64,000 nt of DNA from assembly GCF_001194135.2 (NCBI RefSeq), contig NC_068992.1, positions 6,309,308-6,373,307 of the forward strand, read 5' to 3'. The position numbers and the translations under genes are program-made. The notes below the pieces were generated by a model that saw nothing but the letters and a program-made list of their open reading frames with translations, was not told the DNA's origin and ran no database searches. Of the stretch, positions 1-14,199 are shown piece after piece. This DNA is from Octopus bimaculoides. Taxonomy: Eukaryota. Each line of letters starts with the position of its first letter. The first letter of the stretch is position 1.

Positions 1-46
1 TTGGTTTTGTTTTAAAATGTACTTCATTTTTCCAATTTACTTCTAT

Positions 47-270
47 AAAAGCGGCGACCAGGCAGAATCGTTAGCAGACCAAGCTTCGCGGCATTTCGCC
101 CGTCTTCACATCCTAAATTCAAATTCTTCCAAGGTCTGCTTTGCATTTCACTCTTTTAAGATCGATAAATAAGTACTAATTGAATCGATGTATTAGGACA
201 CTAATCGATGTATTAGGCTACCCACGTCTCCTGAAATTGCTGATCTTGTCCAAAAATTTGAAATCAATAT
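47..270 (+). mobile_element. tRNA-derived SINE, family A (decayed copy)
   Basis: Head AAAAGCGGCGACCAGGCAGAATCGTTAGC, B-box-like AAATTCAAATTC, body GCATTTCACTCTTTTAAGATCGATAAATAAGTAC. Recognisably the same family as the copies at 279-415, 7095-7262, 9073-9292 and 58235-58600. Confidence 0.75.
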
Positions 271-278
271 TTAGTTCT

Positions 279-415
279 ACAAAGGCGACAGGCTAGCAAA
301 ATCCTTTGCAGCCGGATAAAATGTTTAGCGGCGTTAGTCTGTCTTTACATTTTGTGTTCATATTCCAACGATGTTGACTTAGCTTTTCATCTTTCTCGCT
401 GTTGAAATAAATACA
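279..415 (+). mobile_element. SINE family A, older tandem copy
   Basis: AAAGGCGACAGGCTAGCAAAATCC...AAAATGTTTAGCGGCGTTAGTCTGTCTTTACATTTTGTGTTCATATTCC...TTTTCATCTTTC aligns by eye to the copy immediately upstream. Confidence 0.65.
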
Positions 416-1298
416 GATAACTTATCTGTTGTAAAATATGTTTGACATTGCCTCATTAAAAGTGACTTTAATCTTTGAGGTCTATAAACTAAATACACTG
501 AGGTTTATGTAAACGAGCAGCCAATCCCGAACATTTTCCGGTCTCCAACGTTTAGTAAAAAAAAATTACAATTTTGCAATCTGCAAGATGATATCAATGT
601 CCGCCTAGCCAATTGCAGTCTCCAAATTAACTAAATTGACTGGCTTCTTGGTAGTAAATTTAGAGTTGCACATGCGGAAAACTTACACAATATCAAACTA
701 AAGAAATTTTGTTTCTTCTTTGCTCTGTCTGTATCTAGAAATAGACAGGTTTGTTGGATTTTTAGTATTTTTCGAGGATTCTATTTGCAATGTTACTGCC
801 CAGAAATCTATCGACAATTTCGTGTGCACAGAATTATATCCAAAATAATTTTAATTCGATTATTCGTATGTGAATTTGACGGATGTATCATTGGAATTGA
901 GGTCTTCTTTTAAAATCATCTGTCGACTTTCCAATGTATAATCTATATCTGTGTGAAATGAATCCATAGTCTAAGCATAGTCCTAACGGATTTTTGTCAA
1001 GTAGTCTAAATTACGCGCACGCATACACACACAAACACAAAAGCGCACAGACATATATATGTGTTTAGGAGTATTTCTCTATGCACATACATGAATATAT
1101 TCACGTGTGTATTTGTGCAGATATATATATATATATATATATACATATAATCATTTATACATAGAGCATTTTCGTACATATATCGATCTTTGTAAAGGAG
1201 ATGATATATACATATATGTCTATAGATAGATAGAGAGAGAGAGCTATATGTATGTGTGCATATACTTGCATATACTTGTATATATACACACACACACA

Positions 1299-1333
<35 letters not shown>

Positions 1334-1487
1334 NNNNNNNNNNNNNNNNNNNNNNNNNNNNNNNNNNNNNNNNNNNNNNNNNNNNNNNNNNNNNNNNNNN
1401 NNNNNNNNNNNNNNNNNNNNNNNNNNNNNNNTATACATATATATGGATGTATGTTTCTATGTTTCTATATATGCGTGTATGTATGTT

Positions 1488-1524
<37 letters not shown>

Positions 1525-4500
1525 CATATATGCATATATTATTCCCGTTACAATTTATCATTGTCAAAAATAAATTACCAGACCATTTTTCCAATGGGTT
1601 TGGTGAAAATGTTGTACAACATCAGTCACCGTCACTAAAAAACAAATGCATTTTTTCATGCTTTGTAACCAAAATTGTACTAATTCCATTTGTTATTTCC
1701 ATTCCCTATTGCCGTTCTGGGTATTTTGTACAATGATTAATGGATGCGTAAATGGTATCAAAATAAAACCTATGGTTGCACCTACCACATGATTCTGTCA
1801 ATTGTCTAAATATTTTATTGATTATACATATGAATAAATTTGCCATATATATTCTTCATATAAATTCTCAAAGATAGCTTACTATATTTAAGTTCTTTAT
1901 CGAGCGAGCGATCAATCTTATTTTTCTCCTGAAATATTGATTGATTTCTGTGTTCTATGCTCCATTATTGGAGAAGCCAAATAGAATGATCCCAAAAGAA
2001 ACAGTAGCAGTGTATAGAAACAGAATCGAAAGCGTGACTTCAACTCAGCTATATTATTACAAATATGCAATCAATGTATTATATGGAAATGTATTTGATA
2101 AAAGTATTTCAGAATCTCGTAAAAATAAGTTTGTATTCTGCCGAAAATTGAAAAGAATATTTCGAAAATATTTATTTATGCATCTTATCTTATTTTATTT
2201 TATTTTATTAAAGAACATCCATGATGAATATGCATAATTAGCTTCTGATAGATAATTTCAAACTTATATTTAATTTGAATACTCTTTAAATATTGCATAA
2301 GCCTAAACAAAAATGTTACCCTATGGCTTTTGAATATTTCGATATAGCTTAATTGCGAGGGTACTACAGAATGACTAGTCGATGTTAATCAGAAGAATCA
2401 TTCTGATCTCTCATCCGGTTAATAATCCTTCTTACCATCTTTAAATGATAAAAATAGATTAGACGGTTTAGTAGTACATAAGATAAAGACACTGGGTTAC
2501 CAGTGATGGAAAGATTTAGTCATAACTTCTCAATCAAACTGACCTTGCAAATAATTATCACATACACTTTGTTAATATATAGAATCTATTGTAGATCTAA
2601 ATATATCTTTTATGGTTCAGTTTTTTGTTGATAAATGACTCAGAACGTTATTTCGTGATTAAGAATGCAGGTGTTAAGTTTTTATATCCAATTTCACAAT
2701 TGCTTTATTGACGGGTTGTACCCATTTTCCATGCGATCGTAGGCGAAATTTAAGCTCAGAACTCTAACAGTCTGGGCCCTGTACTATACTACATCGCGTC
2801 TGACACTCTGAAATTTCACCTATCACACAGCCATTAACTGGGTATTCCTTTGTAGAACCAGAAGAATTGAAAGATGATGTTTGATATTAGAGTCATTAGA
2901 ATTCAGAGTGCAATGGACCTGGACCCCAAACAGAAAAAGCTTTGCATCTCATAGTTTTAACGAAATAAACTATTAATAAACTACTATTTTACAAGTATTC
3001 AATAAAACGAAGTGCAAGAATATGGTAAAACCGCACTTTTGTAGTACAAATATTTGTAGCGATATTGTCAAGTATAGATGTTTCTTTTTTTCTATTTTTG
3101 ATGAAGGGTTAGCAATCACCGAAACGTGAGATCGGTGTCCTTTGCCTGCCTCAGACAGACATATTTGTTTTTCTTACCAACCTGTCTAATTTCACAAGAG
3201 TATAAACGTGCGTTTACTAACAACACACCAAAGATGATCTTTTTTTTTATACTCTTACAATAATCTCTAAAAATCTAACGTGAGAGCTTATCCACCGTTA
3301 CTAATATTACTAATTTTAGGGGGAAAGTGAAGTCAAATTTCCCTCTGATCCCACCCAGACATTTTCTTAAAAGCGTTTTATACATATACATAGACATGCA
3401 TGCATACACACACACATGTTCACATATACACACACATATATACACCTATGTGTGTGTGAGTGTTATATGTATGAGAGCTTGTGCGTCTGTGTATGTATTT
3501 ATGTATGTATGTATATGTGTATTATGTATGTATGTATGTATGTATGTATGTATGTATGTATGTATAAGTATACACGTACGCTTACTCATTTATGGGGCTG
3601 ATTGTTTCCAAAACTACATCTGACGATCTTTAATTTTTTCTTAAAATATGTTGTTTTCCAATAAAAGATGAAAGAGCGAACGCATGCCTGTATACATTGT
3701 CTAAATTGGCCCGAAATTTGACCAATTGATAATGTAAGAATTATCTCCCTTGCATTTATTACACTTTTAAAAATATCCAGACTGAGAATTCTATATAAAC
3801 TGCTAGTCTATTGTGAGTTTATCAAGGCTTTTCAACATATTATATGTGTCAGACAATATTATATATCTCCATTTAGAATGCCGAATGCTTCCCCCGGGGT
3901 ATTTTCTATCAACAGTATTGTTTATTTTATGCTCTAGTTATGTGTCTAGTGAACGCGTTTCTTCAACTGTTAAGCTTAATATGTTTATTTTCATCACTAT
4001 TTTTCTATTTGTTTGACTCATTTTCAGGTTTTCTCTATTTTCTCATGTTTTCTTTCCGTTCGTGTTCTAGAACTATCATGTATTGTTGACTCAGCCATTG
4101 TTATGCTAGGCAAGCTGGGATGCAGTTTAATTTTATCACCAGTCTCCTAAGCTCATAATCCGAGAGGATTTGTTATGGGATTTGAAACAGTATTTCTTCC
4201 CAGTTTCAATTTTTTTTTTCCATTTTCACTTTATCTTCACCAGCGACGTGTTATTAAATTACAGCTTTATCGTAAAAGATAAATATGGAATTTAAGCTAT
4301 TACCGAACATTAATGCGTATTTTTTTCTACTCGAACAACAATGCCGTGTGGAAATACGAGGTTTACAAATATTTAAAATAATATAACAGAATTTCTAGAG
4401 CTTCTATCAATTACTGATCTTGATGAAGAAAATTAATGATAAGAAATAATGCCTTCTTTCCCCATGCTAATACTGGAGGTTTATACTGAAATTTATTGTT

Positions 4501-4892
4501 TTGCGCGAAAAGGACAAAAATAATGTATGAGCCGTAACAAAGTACGTAAATTGAGCTTTTCCCCATCAAAGTCTTTTCCTATCATGTCTATACAAAATCA
4601 CTCAGTAGAGATATTTGAGGAAACCTGGGGTTGTTCATTTAATGAAGTAGCAAGTCTCCCCCTGCTCTGGTGAAGCATACGAGTGATTTCTCTTTCTTCA
4701 CTGTTACAGTCGTGCATATCTGTACAAAAATTTGAACAAGTTATCTTCTCCGTCATAATCAAATATATTGTCCAATTCATATGGCAGCAACATAGTTCTC
4801 GGTGATGAGAATAAAGTCTCTAAAACTGATAGGGAGACTCAAAGGAATGCTTTGGTAGAATCGTAGGAATCTAATGCTCTTAGCTTAGTTTT

Positions 4893-5095
4893 TCTTGAGG
4901 CTGGCCAGATTGCAGCAATATCGAGTATAACCAGCCGAAATTACAAAGATAGTCTAGATCTCGACTGATGAAAGAAAACTCCGAATGACCTGTCCTTGTT
5001 TTCTTTGTATCGTCTCTCTGGATGTTTTGTTGTCCCTTTCTTGTATCACCTAACTGTCTGGATGTTTTGCGTTCTTGTCCCATTTTGTATTATAT
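4893..5095 (+). mobile_element. Short repeat with decayed hammerhead-like cores, pyrimidine-rich tail and (CA)/(TA) microsatellite (Penelope-like terminal remnant)
   Basis: GGCTGG(4899-4904)/CCAGCC(4931-4936) stem followed by GAAA, then CTGATGA at 4965-4971. The tail shares CCTGTCCTYGT with the element at 38700-38880. Confidence 0.45.
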
Positions 5096-5155
<60 letters not shown>

Positions 5156-5164
5156 ATGTGTGTG

Positions 5165-5196
<32 letters not shown>

Positions 5197-5468
5197 TGTA
5201 TGTTCGAGGGCTACGGCTCAAGGTGGAGCAACGCCTAAGAAAACCGTACGTCTGCTATAAAAACTTAATGCTTTGTAAATGAGTGATTGTCTCGTCTTTG
5301 TCTCACGATGTGCTTCTTCGGGCTTTGCTTCGTATGGAAACGAAAGTAATAGTTTATCCAGGTGCATTTTGTATATATTAAAATCCATGCCATGTAATTT
5401 ACACAAAGCTATCTCAGAAGTTATCTAGAGCACAGTTAAGTTGCGTATGAAGTGTTTTACGTCATCAG

Positions 5469-5502
<34 letters not shown>

Positions 5503-6131
5503 CGCACACAGCTGACGCACATTACCACACTAGTATAAATGTATTTGTATATGTATTTCTTCTTTTCATAAGCAAAGATTTCGGTTTGTGAAGACTTTCA
5601 TAACAACATACTATATAATGAGTAACTCATGTGTGTTTGTTACAGTTACACAATACCTGTAAATCATTGCATCGCTTGTCGTGTTATTTTCTCGAAATGA
5701 CTTATATTTTGATGTAATATCTCTAGACATCACTTTTATAGTTAATGGCGGGGTAAATCTTTTTTAGAAATTTTCTTTCATGGCTAGTTTACGTTATATT
5801 TCCCATTTACAAAATAAAAATGAAATACAAAACTAAATTACTTTCATTTGACATTTGATGCCTTGTACAAGTTTTACTCGCTTCCTGGGTCAATGAATGC
5901 AAAATATAAATCGAGAAAATTTGCTAGAATATTTTGCTTTGCTGAACTTTATGTTGTGATAGATAATAAGCTACTCGAACAGAATAAATCCACTCTTTGC
6001 TTGGCTATTGCAGTCTTTGATAAACGTAAATTTCATTATTGACATATAATAACTACTAGTCATTCTCAGTTTGATATTTTATAGTAACTCTTTGCCCTTT
6101 TCACATTGTTACAAGAACATCAGATCAGTGT

Positions 6132-6204
<73 letters not shown>

Positions 6205-7094
6205 ATACATACGTATATATATATATATATTTGTGTGTATATATTCACACATTCATATATGCGCATGTACATGTATGTGTTTATATGCCCCTGAAAACAA
6301 ATGCAAACAATAATGTGTGTGCTTTTTACCCATCATAGTCAGTAGTTATAACTACAACCTTTTTACATCCAAGCTAGCTTGAAGCTATGAAGAATTGTCA
6401 CATTAACAAACCTATTCAAGGACGTTTCTCTTGGGGTTTTTTTTCTCAATGCTTATATACAAAATGTTAGTCTTTAGATGAAGAAGCAGTGAAATTAGAT
6501 ACATGTAATATCACCCTAATACCACAAAGATCAATTAGGTCACTGTGGAAAACATAACGTTCGGCGACTGATTTAGTAGAGTATAAAATATTTACTGAAT
6601 AGACGTTACGTGCTTATGTCCTACTACCAACTTGAAATTTCACCTTCTGTTAAATCTTTCTTGTTGAATACTGCATTGAATATATTACGTTGCTTTACGT
6701 TAGCCCTAGACATGTGAGCTACATGTCTTTCCAGTCGTGCCCACCTTGTCATTTATTATAGGAACATTACATAAAGGACCATTTCGTCCAATAATACATG
6801 TAATTTTAGGAATTGTATTGTAATTTTAGAGAAAAATTAGCGGTATTTTACATCACAAATCGTGATACTGTGTAGAGATTCATTTGAATGTCTGTTGCTT
6901 AAAATATGCAATCATGTATTCGTAGCTTTCTTATACATATTAATCTCTTACCCCAAGTTAATATACCTCCTACATTACACGCTTATTAATTGGTATATTT
7001 CCAAAATCATGCTGTCGATCAGCTACAAATATTATCAATTTCCTAAAATGACACCCTACTGTACTCAATAAGGGAAAATAATTATTTCAAATTT

Positions 7095-7262
7095 TAGCTC
7101 AGAGCCAGAATTTTCGTGAAAGTGGGCAAGTCGGCGACATCGTTCGTAGTATTTAATTAGTAAATATTTTATCGAACTCGAAAAGATGAAAGGCAATGTC
7201 GACCTTGGCGGCATTTAAAATCAGAACGTCTGACGAAATACTGCCGAAATACGCCTTAAAGC
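7095..7262 (-). mobile_element. SINE family A, partial decayed copy
   Basis: Plus strand reads TTTTATCGAACTCGAAAAGATGAAAGGCAATGTCGACCTTGGCGGCATTTAAAATCAGAACGT, the reverse complement of the family A body. Confidence 0.7.
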
Positions 7263-9072
7263 CCCATAAAATAAAACAGTTGTACATATTTCACATAATA
7301 TTCGACTGGGTTGTTTTTTAATCATAACGGACCAGAACTGCTTAATCATTACTGACCTGTTGCTAAACAAAAGAAGATAATAAAATTTAAGAAAATAGAT
7401 CCGAAACAATAAATCTTCTGTGAAGTCATCTGCTTTGAAAGAAGTAGCAGACGTCCTTCCACTCAGTCTCATGCTCATATTACAAATTTGAAGGAAATTT
7501 TTTTCGGTTCTCAATATAATGTATAGAAATCAAATGATGTGGGCATGAGTCGAATGGCTTCGATCATATATTTGCTTACTTGAGATTGCCTAGATCTATA
7601 ACAGCAACAAAAATAGTGATATTAGAATAAACATTAAGACTATCCGTCACTTCGATTAGATCGAAAAAACAACAGCAACATCAAAAATGAAATAAACTCG
7701 GATTTTAATACTAAGGTAAAGAAACAAATATTTACCTGATTTTAAATTTGATAAAAAAAAAAGAAAAATTGCTGTTTCATGGATTTATTTTTTCTATAGA
7801 TTTTGTTAACATTAGTTTAAGACACAATTTGTTATTTTGTTTTAATTTTCAGTTTTAATTATGTTATATTCTTATTCATCCTTTGCGGCAAGTAGTTTCC
7901 TAACAAGTAATAAGGTGTAATGTTAATCCTGTCTCCATATGATCGAATTTATTTGGTATCCATGATTAAATGAAACGTTCCAAGCCTGCATATGGAATCG
8001 ATGTTGGTCACAAAACTAGCAAGCCTTGTCTTGGAATGGTTAACATTTAGTCTGTTCCAAACTGCAATTCTATTAATACAGCAAGAAGGGATAAAATTAG
8101 AACAACACATATCACGAAAATCTATTTCCCAAGATTGCCTTTTTCAGAAAGGAAAAAATAAGGTTTCTATCTGTGAAGAAACTGGTACAATAGAATATGT
8201 TGCGTTGGTTTCTCTTTATAGGTATGTCGGCTGACTAAAGTTCGACGTTACTTTTGATTCTTAGTTGTTGCAAATTCATGATTGTCTTGGGAAATCATCT
8301 GATACATTTCTTTGCATATGATGTAAACTATATGGTAATAAGATATGATCGGTGAAAGCTTCTCTATGAGAACTATACGGTCATCCTACACTATGTCAGC
8401 GTTCTTTAGTGACGAAAAAGTATTTTTTGTCTACTCTGTGTGAACATTAGTAGATAAGAATATTGAAAAAGACCATAATATATAGCACGGGTTGTTCGTT
8501 TAAAGTTGAATAACTCTGAGACCAACCACCAATGAAAAATTTCACTGAAGTGAATGAAGTAAAACGTATAATTTATTACAGAAATTCGCAATGCGTTTCG
8601 GATTTAATAATTTTAACCAAGCACAAGTTTTCGATAACATACTTTTCGATTTGATTGCCTACACTCTATTGAAAAGCTGCCTTAGTTATCGGTGAGCATC
8701 GCCTCAAAGTTCCACAATTTCCATCATTAATGTACAGATGCACCGTTAATAAGCAAATATAATTTTGAGTTAATTTGAGTAATTTGAACGATGGTTTACA
8801 AATCTCTTGACATAACAATGTTTCGCTTGATAAAATAGTATGAGATTTATAAGAAAATCATTCAGATAGATTTAAGTATTTCGAATGGGAGTATTGAAAT
8901 ATTAAATATGTATTCCATAACATTTATTTGTCGGTTTTTGTCAATCGAAAAAGCAAACAATAAGCTATCTTGTCATTGTCAAATACTTGTGCGTTATTGC
9001 ATCGAAGTGTGTCTTTGACGTCTTCCAAAAATATTCTTATATTTCACCGTTTAATTTCTACAATTCCTGCCA

Positions 9073-9292
9073 AATAATCCTTTCTACCACTGACACAAGG
9101 CCTCAAATGTGGGGGAGGGAGAAATTCGATCAGATCGACCCTAGTACTCAACTGATACTTATTTTATCGGACCCGAAAGGATGAAAAGTAAACTCAACCG
9201 CGGCGGAATTTGTACTCAGAACATGAAGATGGACGCAGTACCCCGAAGAACTTTGCTTGGTGTGCGCTAGCAATTCTTCCAACTCACCGACT
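9073..9292 (-). mobile_element. SINE family A, near full-length copy
   Basis: Reverse complement runs from head (GAGTTGGAAGAATTGCTAGCGCAC) through B-box-like GAGTACAAATTCCGCCGCGG and TTTTCATCCTTTCGGGTCCGATAAAATAAG to tail CCCCCACATTTGAGGCCTTGTG. Confidence 0.8.
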
Positions 9293-9730
9293 TATATCGT
9301 CTGCAAAATAATGGCGGGCGTTGCATGTTGGAACTACGTCGTATATTTTCTAAATTTATAAACCGCCTCCCATATATGCGCTTAGCAGTATAATTCTTTA
9401 CAGCTTATTTAATTTATATGTAATATTCATCAGTTTATTGAAAGTGTCAATTCCCAGGAGCGTTTCGTAGTTCACATTAACGATTTACAAATTATGAAAG
9501 CATTTTTAATACAACTATTTTTAAAATCTGGCATACTTTTAATGTAAATAGATCCCTGTAGAATCCGCAGTCAATATGTATGGTAACTGATACATAACAT
9601 TTATACATACACATTCACACAAAGACAAATATATATAAACACACATATATGTTTTCAGAGCTACACGCACGCACAACCACACGCACACGCGCACACACAC
9701 ACACACACACGCACACACACACACACACAT

Positions 9731-9778
<48 letters not shown>

Positions 9779-9825
9779 ATATACATATAAAATACACGTG
9801 ACGTTTTTCGTTAGTCAACACACTC

Positions 9826-9859
<34 letters not shown>

Positions 9860-9861
9860 AC

Positions 9862-9933
<72 letters not shown>
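9862..9933. repeat. (GATA)n microsatellite
   Basis: Perfect tetranucleotide array. Similar arrays lie at about 14121-14234, 26461-26524, 28450-28540, 29143-29205 and 46950-47012. Confidence 0.95.
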
Positions 9934-9934
<1 letters not shown>

Positions 9935-10860
9935 TACTATATATATATATTAAAGTTATGTGTGCGTGCGTATGTGGGTATATGTGTGTATGTGGGTATG
10001 TGTATTATTTAGAAAGTTTCTCTATATTTAGTTTTCTTTTTGACATTGGCATATGGTTTTGAAGAATTTAGAAGATGTCATTAGAAAGTAAATTATAGTA
10101 GCATCTAAATTCTAACCACATACTGCAAAAAGGTTTTAATTAATTTCCAAGACTGTAGTCGTGAATTCTTTATGATACTCGAGAAGAAAATATTGTCAGG
10201 ATACGTGTCAAGTGAATCTTTCTCATTCGCAGAGAATATAAAAAAATGGCGGAAATTATCTCTTAACGCTTATTTTTATTCTTTAAGTATACACTCTGCT
10301 TTCATAATTAGCAAACAGAAAATAAAGAATTTCACAAACTCAATTATTCTTTTCTTGTTATAGTGAATGACACTGAAAAAGTAATTTAAACTTCCTAAAT
10401 TCAAATAAAATTTGAAACTTAAAATTTACTTTATTTCTAGTATATTCTATATTCCTAATTATCGTAGTACTATTCAACGGAATCCCACACAGGGCAAGAA
10501 AAGTAGAAACATTCATAAGCAACTTAAATTCGTCCAGAATTCTCTTGAAAAAAAAAGAACAAACAATTACCTGTTGTTTTAAAGACATACGCATTTAAAT
10601 GACGAAAGTTTTACAGCTAACATCCAGTCCTCCTCCCCCCTCTCTCTCTCTCATGAATGAGATAAGTTTATTGGTGGGAGTTTTTTTATGTTAAAAAGAG
10701 AAGGTAGAACGCCGTCAAACCACACTATAACATTTCATAAGGAAAAAGACATTGATGGACTGGTAATTTCGTGAATACAAAATTATGTAGAGGGGGCGAC
10801 TGAAATTGCTTTGATTAAACGTTTTGCCTCATCAAGGAGAGAATGTACATCTTTAACAAC

Positions 10861-11298
10861 TTTTATCTTTTACTTGTTAGTCGTCCGATTGCGGCCATAC
10901 TGTAGCATCGCCTTAAAAGGATTTAGTCGAACAGGTGTGCACCAGAATTTTTTTCTACGCCTAGTACTTATTCTGTCGGTCATTTTTGCCGAACCGCTAA
11001 GATACGCGTACGTAAGCACACCAACCCCGGTAGTCAAGTGGTGGTGGGGGGCAAACACAGACAGACACACAGATATATTCATACATACATATATATATAT
11101 GTACATACATACATATATATNNNNNNNNNNGCGCGTGTGTGTGTGTGTGTGTGTATATGACAGGCTTCTTTCAGTTTCTATCTACAAAATTCATTTTCAA
11201 AACTTGGATGACCCGAGACTTGTCCAAATTACCACGCAGTGAGACTGAACCCGGAAGCACGTGGCAGGGGAACCAAGCTTTTTACCACACAGCCACGC
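10861..11298 (-). mobile_element. tRNA-derived SINE, family B, full-length, with internal (CA)/(TA) microsatellite
   Basis: Minus-strand head GCGTGGCTGTGTGGTAAAAAGC (A-box) and GGGTTCAGTCTCA (B-box-like), then TTGGACAAGT, body GAAACTGAAAGAAGCCTGTC, an internal microsatellite, and a conserved-looking tail (CTTAGCGGTTCGGCAAAAATGACCGACAGAATAAGTACTAGGC). Confidence 0.85.
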
Positions 11299-11726
11299 TA
11301 ATTTTTTATATGATAAATTAATGTACATTTCCGAAATCAGCTAAAATTATATTTTTAAGAAATAAGTTATGAATTTCCGACTATAAAAAATATTTTGATT
11401 CCAAAGTCGTTCCTTTTGCATAATAGAAAATCTTTCACAAAAATCAGTTTGCAGCTGAAAGAATATATGAATTCTAGAGAGTTCATACAGCTGCAATATC
11501 TGTAACACAGGAAAAAAGCAAACAATACACACAGAAAAGAGAATACACAAAAGACTAGAAATAAAAGCAAGAAAGAAATGTAAATGTCACAAATGTGTGA
11601 AAGTAAACGAAAAATCTGAACTAAATAATGAAAATTAAACTTATACACATATAGAGAAAAACCTTCAAATAATAGTATGTATTTGGAATAGACAAACAAA
11701 TACATACACGCATAAACGCTTACAAA

Positions 11727-11837
<111 letters not shown>

Positions 11838-14138
11838 CTGTGTGTATGTGAGACGTGATCGTGATCGCTTGCACTGCTAAAAATAATGCTAACGTCTCCC
11901 TCGAATCTGTCTCAGAAATTTAAAGAGATCACATTTGTTTCGACCGGAAACTAAGGAAAAAACAAACGCAGCATATAGAAACGATTATGAGCCCATTAAG
12001 AAGCTCTAGAATGTAGAGATAATATATGATAATCAGTTTATATCCACTCAATCAGAATTAAACAGGAGCTAAAGAGGAACAAAAGGGGAAAAAAATAATG
12101 GAAAAACATGTTACGTATGCTTTCAAAATACAATCTGAACTACCTGCAAAATATACGGTGGACTTGTTCTCTCCCCTATGAAAGACAGAAGTTTTCACCC
12201 ATTCATTACAGAGCGGTAGAGTTTCTTATAAAATAATTTGTGATATTTACTTACAATCATTTATATTGTAATTTCAGTTCAAGCTAATGTCAAATGTTGT
12301 TTATTTTAATTTTAAGACTTGCAGAAACAATGTATGTGTGTATGTGGGTGCGTGTATATATATATATATATGTATGTATGTATATACAAGCGGATCTTTC
12401 TTTCTGTCCACTGCCTTCCTAAAGAAAAGGCGTGCTTTTTTCTATCTCTTCTCTCATAGCTCGTCTATCTAGCGTTCATAATAATTTTTCCATCGTCTTG
12501 GCTTAACAGTTCTCACCGTTTGTTTTTACTGTCTTGTTCCCAGTGTCCTGTTCTTGTTAACACTTTTACCCTCCGTAAAAATACCAAATTTTATTTAATT
12601 TGCTTTGCGGGAAGGACTGTTCCAACGAAGGACTGTTCTTGTGCTGAGAACATGTCAAGCAAAGTTTCATAACGCGCCTTACATTTCGACATAGTTAACA
12701 GGCACAACCCATATGCAATAATGGACTAAAAATTGAATGAGAGAAGAAATGAGAAAACGTGTGACGGAAGTATATACTGGAAGTGGAAGGTTAAAAAACC
12801 GGAAAACGAAAAAGTAATCAGAAATAAGTAAAAGGGGGAAAGTAGTTCTCTCTTAGACTGTAAATTATAAGGTTGGAAAGAATAGCTTATGGTACAAGTT
12901 AATGAGATATAGGAGGAACTTCAAAATTCTTCAATAGGAACTGAGGCATATGTTTACAAATGCTAAAAATGTCAGATCTAGAGTTCAGCAATGAGTTAGA
13001 GAACTTAGGTCTTCAAAGTATTTCAGCTATACCCAGCTAAGCATTACTTACTTTTTTGTTTGCACAAGGTGTGTATTTTTCGATTATTTTTCACTTTATC
13101 ATATATGGTGTTGTATATGATTTTATATATCTTAAATTATACTACCTAATATGGTGTTTACAATTTTCCAGGATGTAATGGCATGTACTAACTGAAATGT
13201 TCGTTCTATTTTCATCAGATTCTATGTTTACGGTCGTGACCTTAATATTTTCAACGGGCATCCTGCTTCGATTCTTGGTAAAAATTCTATTCATAAAGAG
13301 ATCTTATATAATGCACTCCAAACTCCTTATATAATTAATATGTCTTCCACAGTATACGCCAAAGCTATCTAACAAATAACGACAAAAACGCCAAAAGAAT
13401 GTTTGAAGTGTGACATGCGCATATAGAAATGTAATACATATTCCAAATTTTAGGGCAGCTAGAACAAACGTTGCAAAGGAGAAACGATGGAACACTGTAC
13501 AGTAGTTCTCAGAAACCTAGATCTATTGCCGTTTTCAATTCTGAACCTGACACAATGTAATTGGAAAGCAAACTTCCTACCACATAGTCACGCCTGCGCC
13601 TATGATATATAAAATCATTTAAGATTTTATTCAGTATATTTACTAAAACACAGCAGTTATTATATATTTGGTGACAAATTCCCGGCATGCTCCACTCATC
13701 TGCTTCCTTCTAGGCCTTTCTCTGTATGTTTTTGTGTATCAAGAACCAGTGTCCGCTATGTTCTTTTTGTTAGAATGGTAAAGTGTGATTCCAGGGACAT
13801 ATTGTAACTTATGCTAACATTTTAGCCATTCGAAAAACCCCACCCTAACCCAAAACTCATTTTGTGTAATCGTATTCCTTATTAAAATCAAATAGCACAA
13901 GTTAAATGAGTTTTCGGGCCATTGATTTTGTTCTACTCTCTTCATTGTTAAGAAAATAACGCTCTTAATTTCTTTCGTTTTGCATTTTAAAGTACATTCT
14001 AAATAGGTTTCTTTAAGTACTTATGTATATGATATGCCCATTTGTGAAGTATTTTATTTGCTAATTAAAATTAATTTTCGCTTTAGCTTTTTATGATTAG
14101 AAAAAATTTGTGTACATCGCATAGATAGATAGATAGAT

Positions 14139-14199
<61 letters not shown>

